Of a stretch of DNA of 64,000 bases, positions 54,029 to 63,453 are shown one piece after another. Below the pieces are notes generated by a model. The model worked only from the letters and a program-made list of their open reading frames with translations, ran no database searches and was not told the origin of the DNA. Location of the stretch: assembly GCA_964602635.1 (NCBI GenBank), contig CAZRRU010000131.1:37320-101319 (forward strand). The letters run 5' to 3'. Made by a program: the position numbers and the translations under genes. The DNA is from an uncultured Gemmatimonadota bacterium. Its GTDB lineage: Bacteria > Gemmatimonadota > Gemmatimonadetes > Palauibacterales > Palauibacteraceae. The first letter of the stretch is position 1, and each line of letters opens with the position of its first letter.

Positions 54029-54849
54029 GCTGTTGTTCCTCGCTTTCGCCGTGTGTCGAAAGGTAAGCCGGTTGCGGCGCTCTCTCCAGAGCGACGAAGG
54101 CGGGACAGGAAGGCCCCGTCATCGCCGCGGCACACGATCTCGACCTCCCAGCCCGCTCTCGTGGCCAGAATCGACAGCGTGTCGGGATCGATGTACAGCT
54201 GGCTGAACGGATCGCCCCGCTGACCGTCGAACTCGAGTTGGAACTGAATCTCGCCCACGTACCGGCCGTCTTCCCGGCAGGCCAGCCGCACCCCATCCGA
54301 GGTGCGCCAGTCGGACGCGAAACGCCGCATGTCCGCAGAATCGGCGATGACTTGACCGCCCGGGGTTACGATGTCGTCCAGGCCCGAGAGAAATCGGTCG
54401 AGCCCGGCAAGTGTCTCTGGCAGTCCCCAGCCGTTCATGAGCATCAGCACCGTATCCCATCTTTCTGCCGGCAGTTGGAACACGCTGCCAGGCCGGACGT
54501 CGGTCACGCCCCGGCGGCGCAGCAGTTCCACTAGCTCGGGAAGGATCTCGACCGCACAGGTCGAATGCCCACGCTCCTGCAGGGCCAGCGCATGGCATCC
54601 GGCCCCTGCGCCCACGTCGAGCACCCGGCCGGTGCACAGGTCCAGGGCCGTGCGTTCCAGGAGCGGGAGCCCGTCCTCTCCCCGGAAGAACCACGCGGCC
54701 GGCAGGAGGTCGGAATCTCCCAGGTCGTCCACCACGAGGATGCTCGCGTCCTTGTTTCCCCTCTCGAACGAGAGCAGCGCCCGGGCGTGAGGCTCCCAGC
54801 ACGCCCGCATACGGGACGTCACCCTGCTCTCGCCATCGGCTACCGCCAC
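54025..54849 (-). CDS. Class I SAM-dependent methyltransferase
   Basis: Motif I RVLDVGAGAGCHALAL, then DTVLMLMNG. The stop overlaps the LOG start (ATGA). Confidence 0.8.
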   Translation of the reverse strand: MAVADGESRVTSRMRACWEPHARALLSFERGNKDASILVVDDLGDSDLLPAAWFFRGEDGLPLLERTALDLCTGRVLDVGAGAGCHALALQERGHSTCAVEILPELVELLRRRGVTDVRPGSVFQLPAERWDTVLMLMNGWGLPETLAGLDRFLSGLDDIVTPGGQVIADSADMRRFASDWRTSDGVRLACREDGRYVGEIQFQLEFDGQRGDPFSQLYIDPDTLSILATRAGWEVEIVCRGDDGAFLSRLRRSGESAATGLPFDTRRKRGTTA

Positions 54850-54952
54850 GCAACCTCACTCTTCTTCTGAACACGACGGGCTCGACCGTGGAGCCAGGTG
54901 CCGTCGCGCCGCCGCCGTCGTACCTTGCCATACCCCATTCGAGGAGCCACCC

Positions 54953-55336
54953 GTGGATCCCGACTGCCCGTTCTGCGATCCTCCACCCGACCGCGTCTGG
55001 ATCGGCTACGACCTGACGATCGCGACGCCGGACATGTTCCCGGCCGCTGAAGGCCACACACTGGTCCTGCCGCGCCGTCACGTCCAGAGCGTGTTCGACC
55101 TCGAGGGCGACGAGTGGGACGAATTGTGGGATCTGGTCTCGACGGTGCGCGACGAATTGCAGTCGCTGCATCGGCCCGACGGCTTCACCATAGGCATCAA
55201 CGACGGGCTCGCTGCCGGGCAGACCGTCGACCACGCGCACGTGCACGTGATCCCGCGTCACCTGGGCGACGTGGCTGATCCGACCGGAGGATTGCGCGGT
55301 ATCCTGCCTCACAAGGCCAGGTACTGGGAACGCTGA
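54953..55336 (+). CDS. HIT family hydrolase
   Basis: CPFC...GHTLVLPRRHV and the histidine triad HAHVHVIPR. Confidence 0.9.
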   Translation: MDPDCPFCDPPPDRVWIGYDLTIATPDMFPAAEGHTLVLPRRHVQSVFDLEGDEWDELWDLVSTVRDELQSLHRPDGFTIGINDGLAAGQTVDHAHVHVIPRHLGDVADPTGGLRGILPHKARYWER

Positions 55337-55352
55337 GATCCGACCCCGGCGC

Positions 55353-55883
55353 TCAGCCGGGCGGAAAGTCTTTCAGCAGCTTGGCGACGGCGTCCTGGAC
55401 CGTTGTCACTCGCTGCTCCGGCGAGTCCATTTCATCGATCGTCTTCGAAGCGCTGCCGCGCCATACGAGTTCGTTCGATTCGCGATCGATCACGTCGAGG
55501 ATCAACGTTCCTTCGCTGTACGTTCGGACGGTAGTGGTCGTCATGCCGCCACCCCAGTAGCCTCCCCACCAGCCGCCGGCTCCGTATCCGTACGTATCGT
55601 ACTGTTGCCGGTCCTGCGTCCCCGTGTGATATGCGATGAGGACGTCGGCCGAGCCCGGTCGATCGGCCTTCCTGAGTCCCTTCGCGGTGAGGTCTTCATC
55701 AATGGCGGCGTACATTCGGCGCAGCATGATCTCGCTCACGCCTCCTTCGAGGCCCTGCTCCATCCAGGCGTACGTCGAGAGACCACTGAAATCGTAGGAT
55801 TGATCCCAGTCCGACGTCGTCGAGATGCCGGAGCAGCCGGCGACGGCGAGTCCCAGACCGGCGATAGCTATCCATTTCCTCAT
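55353..55883 (-). CDS. DUF4136-like lipoprotein
   Basis: Lipobox MRKWIAIAGLGLAVAG|C. Gly/Trp/Tyr-rich loop and EGTLILDVIDRESNELVWRGSA, typical of DUF4136. Confidence 0.65.
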   Translation of the reverse strand: MRKWIAIAGLGLAVAGCSGISTTSDWDQSYDFSGLSTYAWMEQGLEGGVSEIMLRRMYAAIDEDLTAKGLRKADRPGSADVLIAYHTGTQDRQQYDTYGYGAGGWWGGYWGGGMTTTTVRTYSEGTLILDVIDRESNELVWRGSASKTIDEMDSPEQRVTTVQDAVAKLLKDFPPG

Positions 55884-56004
55884 CGTGCTCTCCCGGAGCG
55901 GGTAGGTGCGAATCCGAGCCCCAGTCTAATCCCCCGATCGGAGGGCAACAACACCTGCCGGATTGGCGCGAATCTCGGCCCGCCGGGAAGGGCTCATACT
56001 TGCC

Positions 56005-56033
56005 TTGTGACAGCGTTCACGTGTCGATATCAT
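56005..56033 (+). promoter_or_regulatory. Candidate sigma70-type promoter of sdhCAB
   Basis: TTGTGA (56005-56010), 17-nt spacer, TATCAT (56028-56033), about 40 nt upstream of the GAGGAG-ATG at 56075. Confidence 0.4.
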
Positions 56034-56074
56034 GCGGAGTTATCCTCACCGATCCTCGCTCTGAGGAGTGACCT

Positions 56075-56752
56075 ATGAGACGGGTTTACTCCCTGTACAG
56101 CACCTCGGTCGGCAAGAAGTACACGATGGCTGTATCGGGTGCGATCTTCGTGTTGTTCGTGATCGTCCACATGTTCGGCAACCTCAAGGTCTATCTCGGG
56201 CCCGAGGCATTCAATCATTACGCGGAGGGACTGCGTGAGTTCGGAGAGCCCTTCCTGGGCTACGAGTGGTTTCTGTGGGTCTTCCGGGTCGGCCTCGCCG
56301 TCTTTCTGCTGATTCACACCGTAGCCGCGTGGCAGACGTCCAGGCAGAGCTGGGCCGCGCGGGGGCAGAAGTACAAGAAGAAGGACAACCTCGTGTTCCA
56401 TTACGCCTCGCGCACCATGCGCTGGGGCGGCGTGGCCCTCCTGCTCTTCGTCGTGTACCACATTCTCCACCTGACAACGGGCACGCTGCACCCGGACTTC
56501 ATTCCCGGAGATGCGTACCACAACTTCATCACCGGATTCCGCTCCCTGCCCGTCGTGGCCGTGTATTTCGTGGCCATGATCGCGTTGGGCCTGCACCTGT
56601 ACCACGGGATCTGGAGCGCTTTCCAGACCATGGGCCTGGACGGACCCCGCATCAAGAAATGGCGCGAGCCGATGGCTCTTGGTGTGGCCCTCGTGGTGGT
56701 GCTGGTGAACCTGTCATTCCCGGTGGCCGTCTTCACCGGGATCATTCCGTAG
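56075..56752 (+). CDS. sdhC: Succinate dehydrogenase/fumarate reductase cytochrome b subunit (single 5-TM b558 type)
   Basis: 225 aa, five TM helices with conserved His residues ([37 protein letters not shown]). Lies immediately upstream of sdhA. Confidence 0.85.
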   Translation: MRRVYSLYSTSVGKKYTMAVSGAIFVLFVIVHMFGNLKVYLGPEAFNHYAEGLREFGEPFLGYEWFLWVFRVGLAVFLLIHTVAAWQTSRQSWAARGQKYKKKDNLVFHYASRTMRWGGVALLLFVVYHILHLTTGTLHPDFIPGDAYHNFITGFRSLPVVAVYFVAMIALGLHLYHGIWSAFQTMGLDGPRIKKWREPMALGVALVVVLVNLSFPVAVFTGIIP

Positions 56753-56765
56753 AAGGGAGGGAGAC

Positions 56766-58679
56766 ATGGAGCTGCGCTCGAAGGTCCCCTCCGGTCCCAT
56801 CGACCAGAAGTGGACGAAGCACAAGTTCGACATGAAGCTGGTGAACCCGGCCAACAAGCGGAAATACCACGTGATCGTGGTGGGCTCCGGACTCGCCGGG
56901 GCGTCCGCTTCCGCGACGCTGGCAGAGCTCGGGTACCACGTGAGCTGCTTCACCTACCACGACAGCCCGCGGCGGGCGCACAGCATCGCCGCGCAAGGCG
57001 GAATCAACGCGGCGAAGAACTATCAGGGAGATGGAGACAGCATCTTCCGCCTGTTCTACGACACGGTGAAGGGCGGCGATTTCCGTGCCCGCGAGGCCAA
57101 CGTGTACCGACTGGCCGAAGTCTCGAACGAGATCATCGACCAGTGCGTGGCGCAGGGAATCCCGTTCGCCCGAGAGTACGGGGGCCTGCTGGCGAACCGC
57201 TCGTTCGGCGGTGCGCAGGTCTCACGAACGTTCTACGCCCGCGGCCAGACCGGGCAGCAGCTCCTTCTGGGCGCCTACCAGGCCCTGATGAAGGAAGTGC
57301 ACCGGGGCCAGGTCCAGCTCTACAACCAGCACGAGATGCTGGACTTGATCATGGTGGATGGACAGGCCCGGGGGATCGTCACCCGTCACCTGGTGACCGG
57401 CAAGATCGAAGCGCACCTGGCCGACGCGGTAGCCCTGGGCACCGGCGGGTACTCCAACGCCTTCTACCTGTCCACGAACGCCATGTACTGCAATGTCACG
57501 GCAGCCTGGCGGGCCTACCGCCGCGGCGCGGGCTTCGCGAATCCGTGCTACACGCAGATCCACCCGACCTGCATCCCGGTGGCCGGTGACTACCAGTCGA
57601 AGCTCACCCTGATGAGCGAATCCCTGCGCAACGACGGTCGCATATGGGTGTCTCAGAAGGTGGAAGACGACCGGGCTCCCGGCGACATCCCCGAGGACGA
57701 GCGCGACTACTACCTGGAACGCATGTATCCGGCCTTCGGGAACCTGGTTCCTCGGGACCTGGCGTCCCGCCGTGCCAAGGACATGTGCGACCAGGGGAAG
57801 GGCGTGGGCGACACCAAGCTCGGCGTGTACCTCGACTTCGAGGACGCGATCCAGCGCCTCGGCGCGGACGTGATCGAAGCGAGGTACGGCAACCTGTTCG
57901 AGATGTACGAGCGCATCACGGGTGAGGACCCTTACAAGGTGCCCATGCGAATCTATCCCGCGCCGCACTACACGATGGGCGGTCTGTGGGTGGACTACAA
58001 TCTCATGACGACGCTTCCCGGGCTATACGCGATCGGCGAGGCGAACTTCTCGGATCACGGAGCCAACCGGCTCGGGGCCAGCGCCCTCATGCAGGGCGTG
58101 GCGGATGGGTACTTCGTCCTTCCGTACACGATCGCCGACTATCTGGCGCAGGCAAGACTGGACCCGGTCCCCGAGGATCACGCCGAAGTCCTCGGCACAC
58201 TGGAAGAGGTCCGGTCGCGCAACGCCCGCCTGCTGGCCCTCGACGGCGACCGAACCATCAACTCGTTCCACAAGGAGCTGGGACGCATCGTCTGGGACTA
58301 TTGCGGGATGGGGCGCAGCGCGGCCGGGCTCAAGGAAGCACTTGAGAAGATCCCGGTGCTGAGGCAGGAGTTCTGGGAAAACGCGAAGGTCGTGGGCGAC
58401 GGGGAGTCGATCAACCAGACTCTCGAGCGTGCTGGCCGGGTGGCGGACTTCCTCGAGCTGGCCGAGGTCATGTGCCTCGACGCGCTGGTTCGCGAGGAGT
58501 CGTGCGGCGGCCACTTCCGCGAGGAGTACCAGACGCCGGAAGGAGAGCCCAGGCGTGACGACGAGAACTTCACACACGTGACCGTGTGGGAGTACGCCGG
58601 CGCCGACGAGGCACCCCGGGAACACAGGGAGCCCCTGGAGTTCGAATACGTTCCTCCCACGCAGAGGAGCTACAAATAA
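56766..58679 (+). CDS. sdhA: Succinate dehydrogenase/fumarate reductase flavoprotein subunit
   Basis: [14 protein letters not shown] (FAD fold), [14 protein letters not shown] (FAD-linked His), [23 protein letters not shown]. Confidence 0.97.
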   Translation: MELRSKVPSGPIDQKWTKHKFDMKLVNPANKRKYHVIVVGSGLAGASASATLAELGYHVSCFTYHDSPRRAHSIAAQGGINAAKNYQGDGDSIFRLFYDTVKGGDFRAREANVYRLAEVSNEIIDQCVAQGIPFAREYGGLLANRSFGGAQVSRTFYARGQTGQQLLLGAYQALMKEVHRGQVQLYNQHEMLDLIMVDGQARGIVTRHLVTGKIEAHLADAVALGTGGYSNAFYLSTNAMYCNVTAAWRAYRRGAGFANPCYTQIHPTCIPVAGDYQSKLTLMSESLRNDGRIWVSQKVEDDRAPGDIPEDERDYYLERMYPAFGNLVPRDLASRRAKDMCDQGKGVGDTKLGVYLDFEDAIQRLGADVIEARYGNLFEMYERITGEDPYKVPMRIYPAPHYTMGGLWVDYNLMTTLPGLYAIGEANFSDHGANRLGASALMQGVADGYFVLPYTIADYLAQARLDPVPEDHAEVLGTLEEVRSRNARLLALDGDRTINSFHKELGRIVWDYCGMGRSAAGLKEALEKIPVLRQEFWENAKVVGDGESINQTLERAGRVADFLELAEVMCLDALVREESCGGHFREEYQTPEGEPRRDDENFTHVTVWEYAGADEAPREHREPLEFEYVPPTQRSYK

Positions 58680-59422
58680 TGAAACTCAAACTTCATGTGT
58701 GGCGGCAGGCCGAGGCGTCTGCCAGCGGACACTTCGTGACGTACGAAGCGGATGCCAGCGAGCACATGTCCTTCCTCGAGATGCTCGACGTCGTGAACGA
58801 GGAGCTCGAGTCGAAGGGTGAAGATCCGATCGCGTTCGACAGCGACTGCCGCGAGGGGATCTGCGGCACGTGCGGGATGGTGATCAACGGCCGGCCGCAC
58901 GGACCGTGGAAGCGCACGACGGTGTGCCAGCTCCACATGCGCGAGTACAGCGATGGCGATGAGATATGGATCGAGCCGTGGCGGGCAGACGGATTTCCGG
59001 TGCAAAAGGACCTGTTCGTGGACCGGTCCGCCTTCGATCGGATCGTCGCGGCGGGCGGCTACATCAGCGTCCGCACCGGAAGTGTCCCCGAGGCCAACGT
59101 AATCCTGGTCGGGCAGGACAACGCCGAAAAGTCGATGGACGCGGCCTCGTGCATAGGGTGCGGCGCCTGCGTGGCGGCCTGCCCGAACGCCTCCGCAATG
59201 CTGTTCACGTCGGCGAAGGCAGCTCATCTGAACCTCCTCCCGCAAGGGCAGCCGGAGCGCTACGGCCGCGTGCTCGACATGATCCTGACGATGGAGGCCG
59301 AGAGCTTCGGCACGTGCACGAACCACGGCGCGTGCGAGAACGCCTGCCCGAAGGAGATCAAGATCGATGTAATCGCGATGCTGAACCGCGATTACATGAA
59401 GGCGCTCCTGAAGGCGAGCTGA
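58679..59422 (+). CDS. sdhB: Succinate dehydrogenase/fumarate reductase iron-sulfur subunit
   Basis: [10 protein letters not shown]..., [15 protein letters not shown] (2Fe-2S), [13 protein letters not shown] (4Fe-4S), [13 protein letters not shown] (3Fe-4S). The ATG overlaps the sdhA TAA (TAATG). Confidence 0.95.
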   Translation: MKLKLHVWRQAEASASGHFVTYEADASEHMSFLEMLDVVNEELESKGEDPIAFDSDCREGICGTCGMVINGRPHGPWKRTTVCQLHMREYSDGDEIWIEPWRADGFPVQKDLFVDRSAFDRIVAAGGYISVRTGSVPEANVILVGQDNAEKSMDAASCIGCGACVAACPNASAMLFTSAKAAHLNLLPQGQPERYGRVLDMILTMEAESFGTCTNHGACENACPKEIKIDVIAMLNRDYMKALLKAS

Positions 59423-59457
59423 AGCGAAAGGGCGGCGTCTTCAGAGCCTCCTTCAGG
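59407..59457 (+). promoter_or_regulatory. Nested 51-nt hairpin spanning the sdhB stop codon and part of the tenA-like Shine-Dalgarno
   Basis: Outer stem CCTGAAGG (59407-59414) / CCTTCAGG (59450-59457), 8 bp. Inner stem CTGAAG (59419-59424) / CTTCAG (59439-59444), 6 bp. 14-nt loop, no U-tract. The 3' arm overlaps GGGAG (59456-59460), just upstream of the ATG at 59466. Confidence 0.4.
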
Positions 59458-59465
59458 GAGAGAAG

Positions 59466-60128
59466 ATGAGCTTTTGCGAGACTCAGCTCGACCGACTCGC
59501 ACCGCTGTGGGAGCGTATGCTGAGCCACCCGTTCCTCGTGCAGACGCGCGACGGCACCATCCCGCACGACACGTTCGCCTCGTGGATGAGGCAGGACTAC
59601 CTGTTCGTGGAGGCTGCGATTCCCTTCCTGGCCGCCTTGATTCCCAAGGGTCCTGCCAGCCACTGGGAGCCCATGACGCAGGCGATTGGGGCGTTGATCC
59701 GGGAGCTGCGGCTGTTTGAAGAACGCGCAGAGGCAGTGGGAGTGGAGATCAAGGGCACCCGGCCCTCCTTCACCACGCACGCCTACATCCAGTTCCTCCT
59801 GGCCACGGCTCAGAACGCGTCGTACGAGGAGGCCTATACCGTGCTGTACGCCGCCGAGAAAGCCTATCACGACTCCTGGAGGATGGTCCGCGACGGACTG
59901 GACCGGACGTCACCCTGGTGGCCGTTCGTAGAGAACTGGGCCGGTCCGGAGTTCGGAGCCTACGTGGCGTACCTGCAGGTGGAGCTGGACAAGCTTGCCA
60001 GAGAGGCGGGTCCCGAACGCCTCCATCGGATGGTCGAAGCGTTCGAGACGACCGTGCGCTACGAGGTAGCCTTCTGGGAGATGGCGATGACCGGCGAGAA
60101 TTGGCCCGGGATCCCGTCCACCGACTAG
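59466..60128 (+). CDS. TenA/thiaminase-II family protein, Cys-less paralogue
   Basis: HPFLVQTRDGTIPHDTFASWMRQDYLFVE, VRYEVAFWEMA. At the position of the TenA_C catalytic Cys it reads VLYAAEKAY (no Cys). Confidence 0.8.
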   Translation: MSFCETQLDRLAPLWERMLSHPFLVQTRDGTIPHDTFASWMRQDYLFVEAAIPFLAALIPKGPASHWEPMTQAIGALIRELRLFEERAEAVGVEIKGTRPSFTTHAYIQFLLATAQNASYEEAYTVLYAAEKAYHDSWRMVRDGLDRTSPWWPFVENWAGPEFGAYVAYLQVELDKLAREAGPERLHRMVEAFETTVRYEVAFWEMAMTGENWPGIPSTD

Positions 60129-60160
60129 ACGAATCACGGCCGGGTTGCCAGGGAGGGGAC

Positions 60161-60826
60161 GTGGCGTTCACCGACGAGTTGCACGAGGCGGCGAGACATA
60201 TCTGGGACGCCCAGGTGGAGCATCCGTTCGTGGCCGGAATCTCCGACGGTACCCTGGATCGAGGGGTATTCGAACGCTGGGTGCGCCAGGACTACCTGTA
60301 CCTGGTGGAGTTCTCCCGCGTGTTCGCGTGGGCTGCTGCAAAGGCCGACCGGCTCGAGGCGATGAGCTGGTACGCGGCGGCGCTGCACCTCACGCTCAAC
60401 ACGGAGATGGCCCTTCACCGACAGTACGCAGAGCGTTTCGCCATTGGCACCGAGAAGCTGGAGGCCGAGCGGATGTGGCCCACGACCAGGGCCTACACCG
60501 ATTTCCTGGTCCGTACAGCTGCCGACGGCGACATGGCCGACCTGGTAGCGGCGCTTCTACCGTGCGTGTGGGGCTACGTGTACATCGCCGAGCGCCTCGC
60601 CGCCTCCGAACGTCCGTCGGATCAACGCTACGCCGACTGGATAGAACAGTACGCTTCCGACGAGTTCCGGGAGGCCGCGGACTGGCTCAGGTCTGAAATG
60701 GACCGGCTGGCGGCCGCAGCGTCAGAAGAGAAGCGTGCCCGCCTGACGGACCTCTTCGTGCTGTCGAGTACCTACGAATGGCGGTTCTGGGAGATGTGCT
60801 GGAGAGGTGAGACGTGGACGGTGTGA
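60161..60826 (+). CDS. tenA: TenA_C-type aminopyrimidine aminohydrolase (thiaminase II)
   Basis: HPFVAGISDGTLDRGVFERWVRQDYLYLVEF, ALLPCVWGYVYIAERL (catalytic Cys), YEWRFWEM. GTG at 60161, after GGGAGGGG. Confidence 0.85.
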   Translation: MAFTDELHEAARHIWDAQVEHPFVAGISDGTLDRGVFERWVRQDYLYLVEFSRVFAWAAAKADRLEAMSWYAAALHLTLNTEMALHRQYAERFAIGTEKLEAERMWPTTRAYTDFLVRTAADGDMADLVAALLPCVWGYVYIAERLAASERPSDQRYADWIEQYASDEFREAADWLRSEMDRLAAAASEEKRARLTDLFVLSSTYEWRFWEMCWRGETWTV

Positions 60827-60898
60827 CCCGGCCGGGCACACGGCGGGCAGGGGCGACGCCCCGCGCGCCGCACCCTACCCGCCGCATGTCGCCCGGAC

Positions 60899-62152
60899 TC
60901 AGTGGGACAGTCGGATCACCAGGTCCGAGGCCACCCGCTTGAACACCCCATCCAGCTCCGCCGGTGAGGGCGCGAAGTACATTCGCCCTTGCGGCTGTCT
61001 CGGGTTCACGGAACCGTGCTCGTTGGCCAGAAGGGAGAGATAGGCGAGGTCCGGACGGCCGAGCTCCGACGCGAGCGGGTTTCCGAGCCCGATCGTATAG
61101 ACGTAGACGTCGTCCGCCCGGAGCCGGTTCGCGGCCTCGAGCCCCAACTGCCGCGCGACTTCACGTCCCCTCCGACCGTGAGGCGGGTGCCCCCCTTCCA
61201 TCCACTCCCTGCAGTTCACGACGTTCAGGCACGCGTCGGCCGCCGGGCGGTCCCAGCGGTCCATCGAGATCTCGTCGGGATCATCGAAGTACCCGCGCAC
61301 CACGTTCTCTTCCGTCGCCGCGACGGCCAGGATCCGGTCCTCTCCTCCGACCGGGCCTCGGAACGCCGTGGGACGTCCGTCGGTGAAGAAGACCACCACC
61401 TTGACGGCCCTCTCCCTCGCATTCTCGCTCCTGACTTGCTGGCGGGCCAGCCGCAGGCCCTCGGCCGTGTTCGTCCACCCCAGCGACCCCATCTCCTCGA
61501 TGATTCTCTGTGTGTCCAGCGTGAAGTGCCCCTGCAGGGGGTAACGGACGCCCGCCCTGGTGTGGAAGGAAACCAGAGCGAACTGATCCAGGTCATCGTC
61601 GAAATGCGTGACGAACTCGCCGGCCGCTCTCTGCAGATCGTCCCACGCTCCGTGCGTACCGAGCGAACCGGACTGGTCGAGCACGAGCACCAGGTCGACA
61701 GGAGGCACTACTGCCGTAGCCGAAGAGCCGATGTCCACGACATCCAGACCGAGGAGGCGCATGAGTGTAGTAGGCAAGAGGCGGCGCGCCGATACCGTGA
61801 CCGTCTTCTCGCCCGCTTCGCTTAAGCCGAACGACACGCTCACCGTCGTTCCATCGGCTCCGACCTCCACCCCGTTAGCAAGTGCGACCGCGATGGCCTC
61901 ATCTCGCGCGACTGACTCGCCGGATCTGAACAGCCGCGCACCCGCGAGCACGCCCGCGTCCACGGCACGGGACAGGTGTGATCTCACCAGAAAAGCCCGA
62001 CCCGAGTCGAGAACGAGGCCGGCCATTCCGAGAAGGACTACCATTCCGCCGGCCACCATCACGATGACCGCTCCGCGCTCGCTGCGCGCGCGCTGCACGA
62101 AGCGACGCCAATGCCCGCGAAGGGCCGAGACCGGAGAAGCGAAGAATCGCAT
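60899..62152 (-). CDS. TadG-like pseudopilin with vWA domain
   Basis: N-terminal Tad motif ERGAVIVMVAGGMVVLLGMAGLVLDSGRAFLVRSHLSRAVDAGVLAGA. vWA with MIDAS VLVLDQSGSLG ... VVFFTDGRPT. Confidence 0.75.
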   Translation of the reverse strand: MRFFASPVSALRGHWRRFVQRARSERGAVIVMVAGGMVVLLGMAGLVLDSGRAFLVRSHLSRAVDAGVLAGARLFRSGESVARDEAIAVALANGVEVGADGTTVSVSFGLSEAGEKTVTVSARRLLPTTLMRLLGLDVVDIGSSATAVVPPVDLVLVLDQSGSLGTHGAWDDLQRAAGEFVTHFDDDLDQFALVSFHTRAGVRYPLQGHFTLDTQRIIEEMGSLGWTNTAEGLRLARQQVRSENARERAVKVVVFFTDGRPTAFRGPVGGEDRILAVAATEENVVRGYFDDPDEISMDRWDRPAADACLNVVNCREWMEGGHPPHGRRGREVARQLGLEAANRLRADDVYVYTIGLGNPLASELGRPDLAYLSLLANEHGSVNPRQPQGRMYFAPSPAELDGVFKRVASDLVIRLSH

Positions 62153-62186
62153 GGCGGTTCCTTTTCTACCCTGTGTCTACGGTGGC

Positions 62187-62699
62187 CTAGAAGACCGCGC
62201 GCTCGTAGATAGGGTCGGGAAGAGCGCTCTCGAACAGGCGCGCGAACGGCGTGATCGGCTCGTACCGGTAGAACACTTCCACGACGTAGTGCGTGCTGCC
62301 CCGTTCGAGGCCGTACGAGGCGAACGAAACGGGGCTGGCTCCCACGGTACCGAGCCGGCTCCGAGTCTCATAACCCGCCGACGCCACCTGGGCCAGGACC
62401 ATCGGTCCGTCGGGCCTCACCTCGATCCGGGAGACGACCGATCCACCGCGCCGCTCGAGTTGAATATCCCGACCGCTGGACGCGACGACATGGAGAACCG
62501 TATCCAGACTCGTTCCCCGCGAGGCGATGTTGGCTCCCTCGCGACTCAGCTTGGAAAGCGTGTGGGCGACGGTCAGGGCGTTTCCCACCTCGACCATGCC
62601 TAGGAACAGGAAGAGCAGCAGCGGAAGCACCAGCGCGAACTCGGCCACTGCTTGCCCGCGCGTGTCGAGCGTTCTGTGCCTACGGGATGAACGGTTCAT
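62187..62699 (-). CDS. TadE-like pseudopilin
   Basis: RGQAVAEFALVLPLLLFLFLGMVEVG (TadE N-terminal signature). Confidence 0.75.
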   Translation of the reverse strand: MNRSSRRHRTLDTRGQAVAEFALVLPLLLFLFLGMVEVGNALTVAHTLSKLSREGANIASRGTSLDTVLHVVASSGRDIQLERRGGSVVSRIEVRPDGPMVLAQVASAGYETRSRLGTVGASPVSFASYGLERGSTHYVVEVFYRYEPITPFARLFESALPDPIYERAVF

Positions 62700-63198
62700 T
62701 CTTCATTGCCGTCCGCACGGTGAAATCGACCGGAGGAAGCACATCTTCCAAGCCGGGCAGGAAGAAGCGGTAGGTGAACGAGACGCTGACCGTGACCAGC
62801 TCTTCCGGCCCGCCTCCGTCGGCGGGATCGATCACGATCGAGTCGGCGATCGCCAGATGGCCGACTTTGCTCCTCACCACCCGTCGGATCGACTCGGCAC
62901 GCGGGATCGGCTCACCTGTGTCCGGGTCGGTGAACTGCCGTCCGGTGACGGCGTACCGGGTGGCCTCTGCCACCGCGTGCTTCGCCGTCAGATGTGAGAG
63001 CCCGAGCCGTCCGAACTCGAACATGCCGAACAACAGGGAAAGGAGGAGAGGGAGAACCAGGGCGAATTCGACGATTCCCGAGCCGTGGCTCCCGCGCCAC
63101 AATCGATCTGTTGCGCCGCCGCGATATGTGGCACGTATCCGCGCCACCAGTTTGCCGGCCCCGAGCGCAGCTCGAAGCCGGGTTTTCCACATCGCCAT
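62680..63198 (-). CDS. TadE/TadF-like pseudopilin
   Basis: GSGIVEFALVLPLLLSLLFGMFEFG (TadE N-terminal signature). 20-nt overlap with the next TadE-like gene. Confidence 0.75.
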   Translation of the reverse strand: MAMWKTRLRAALGAGKLVARIRATYRGGATDRLWRGSHGSGIVEFALVLPLLLSLLFGMFEFGRLGLSHLTAKHAVAEATRYAVTGRQFTDPDTGEPIPRAESIRRVVRSKVGHLAIADSIVIDPADGGGPEELVTVSVSFTYRFFLPGLEDVLPPVDFTVRTAMKNEPFIP

Positions 63199-63453
63199 CG
63201 TCGACCTCCAATAGCCCCGCCTATTGCAGATCCGAGCGACTGGCCCGGTAAGATTCGAAAAGGGCTTGTAGAATGGGGCGATGGAGGCCGATTGTCAACT
63301 ACCCGGGCGAGCGATGCACGCGAGGAAGGCTCCCCGGCGGCTCGCGGAGTCGGCGACCCGGGGTGTGGAAAAGTGACCGGCATACGAACGCGAGCTGCTG
63401 CGCGAGAGGTCCGGAACGGGTGTGGCGTCCGCTCTACAGCGAGCCGAACGGTC

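Noticed and set aside
59423-59465. Possible TPP riboswitch upstream of the TenA-like genes
   Set aside because: Only 43 nt are available and no TPP-aptamer consensus is visible. The hairpin there is reported separately as a simple structure.
63293-63298. Exact TTGACA on the minus strand upstream of the Tad pseudopilin genes, considered as a promoter
   Set aside because: The best -10 candidate at 17-nt spacing is CATTCT (3/6 matches). That is too weak to report as a feature.
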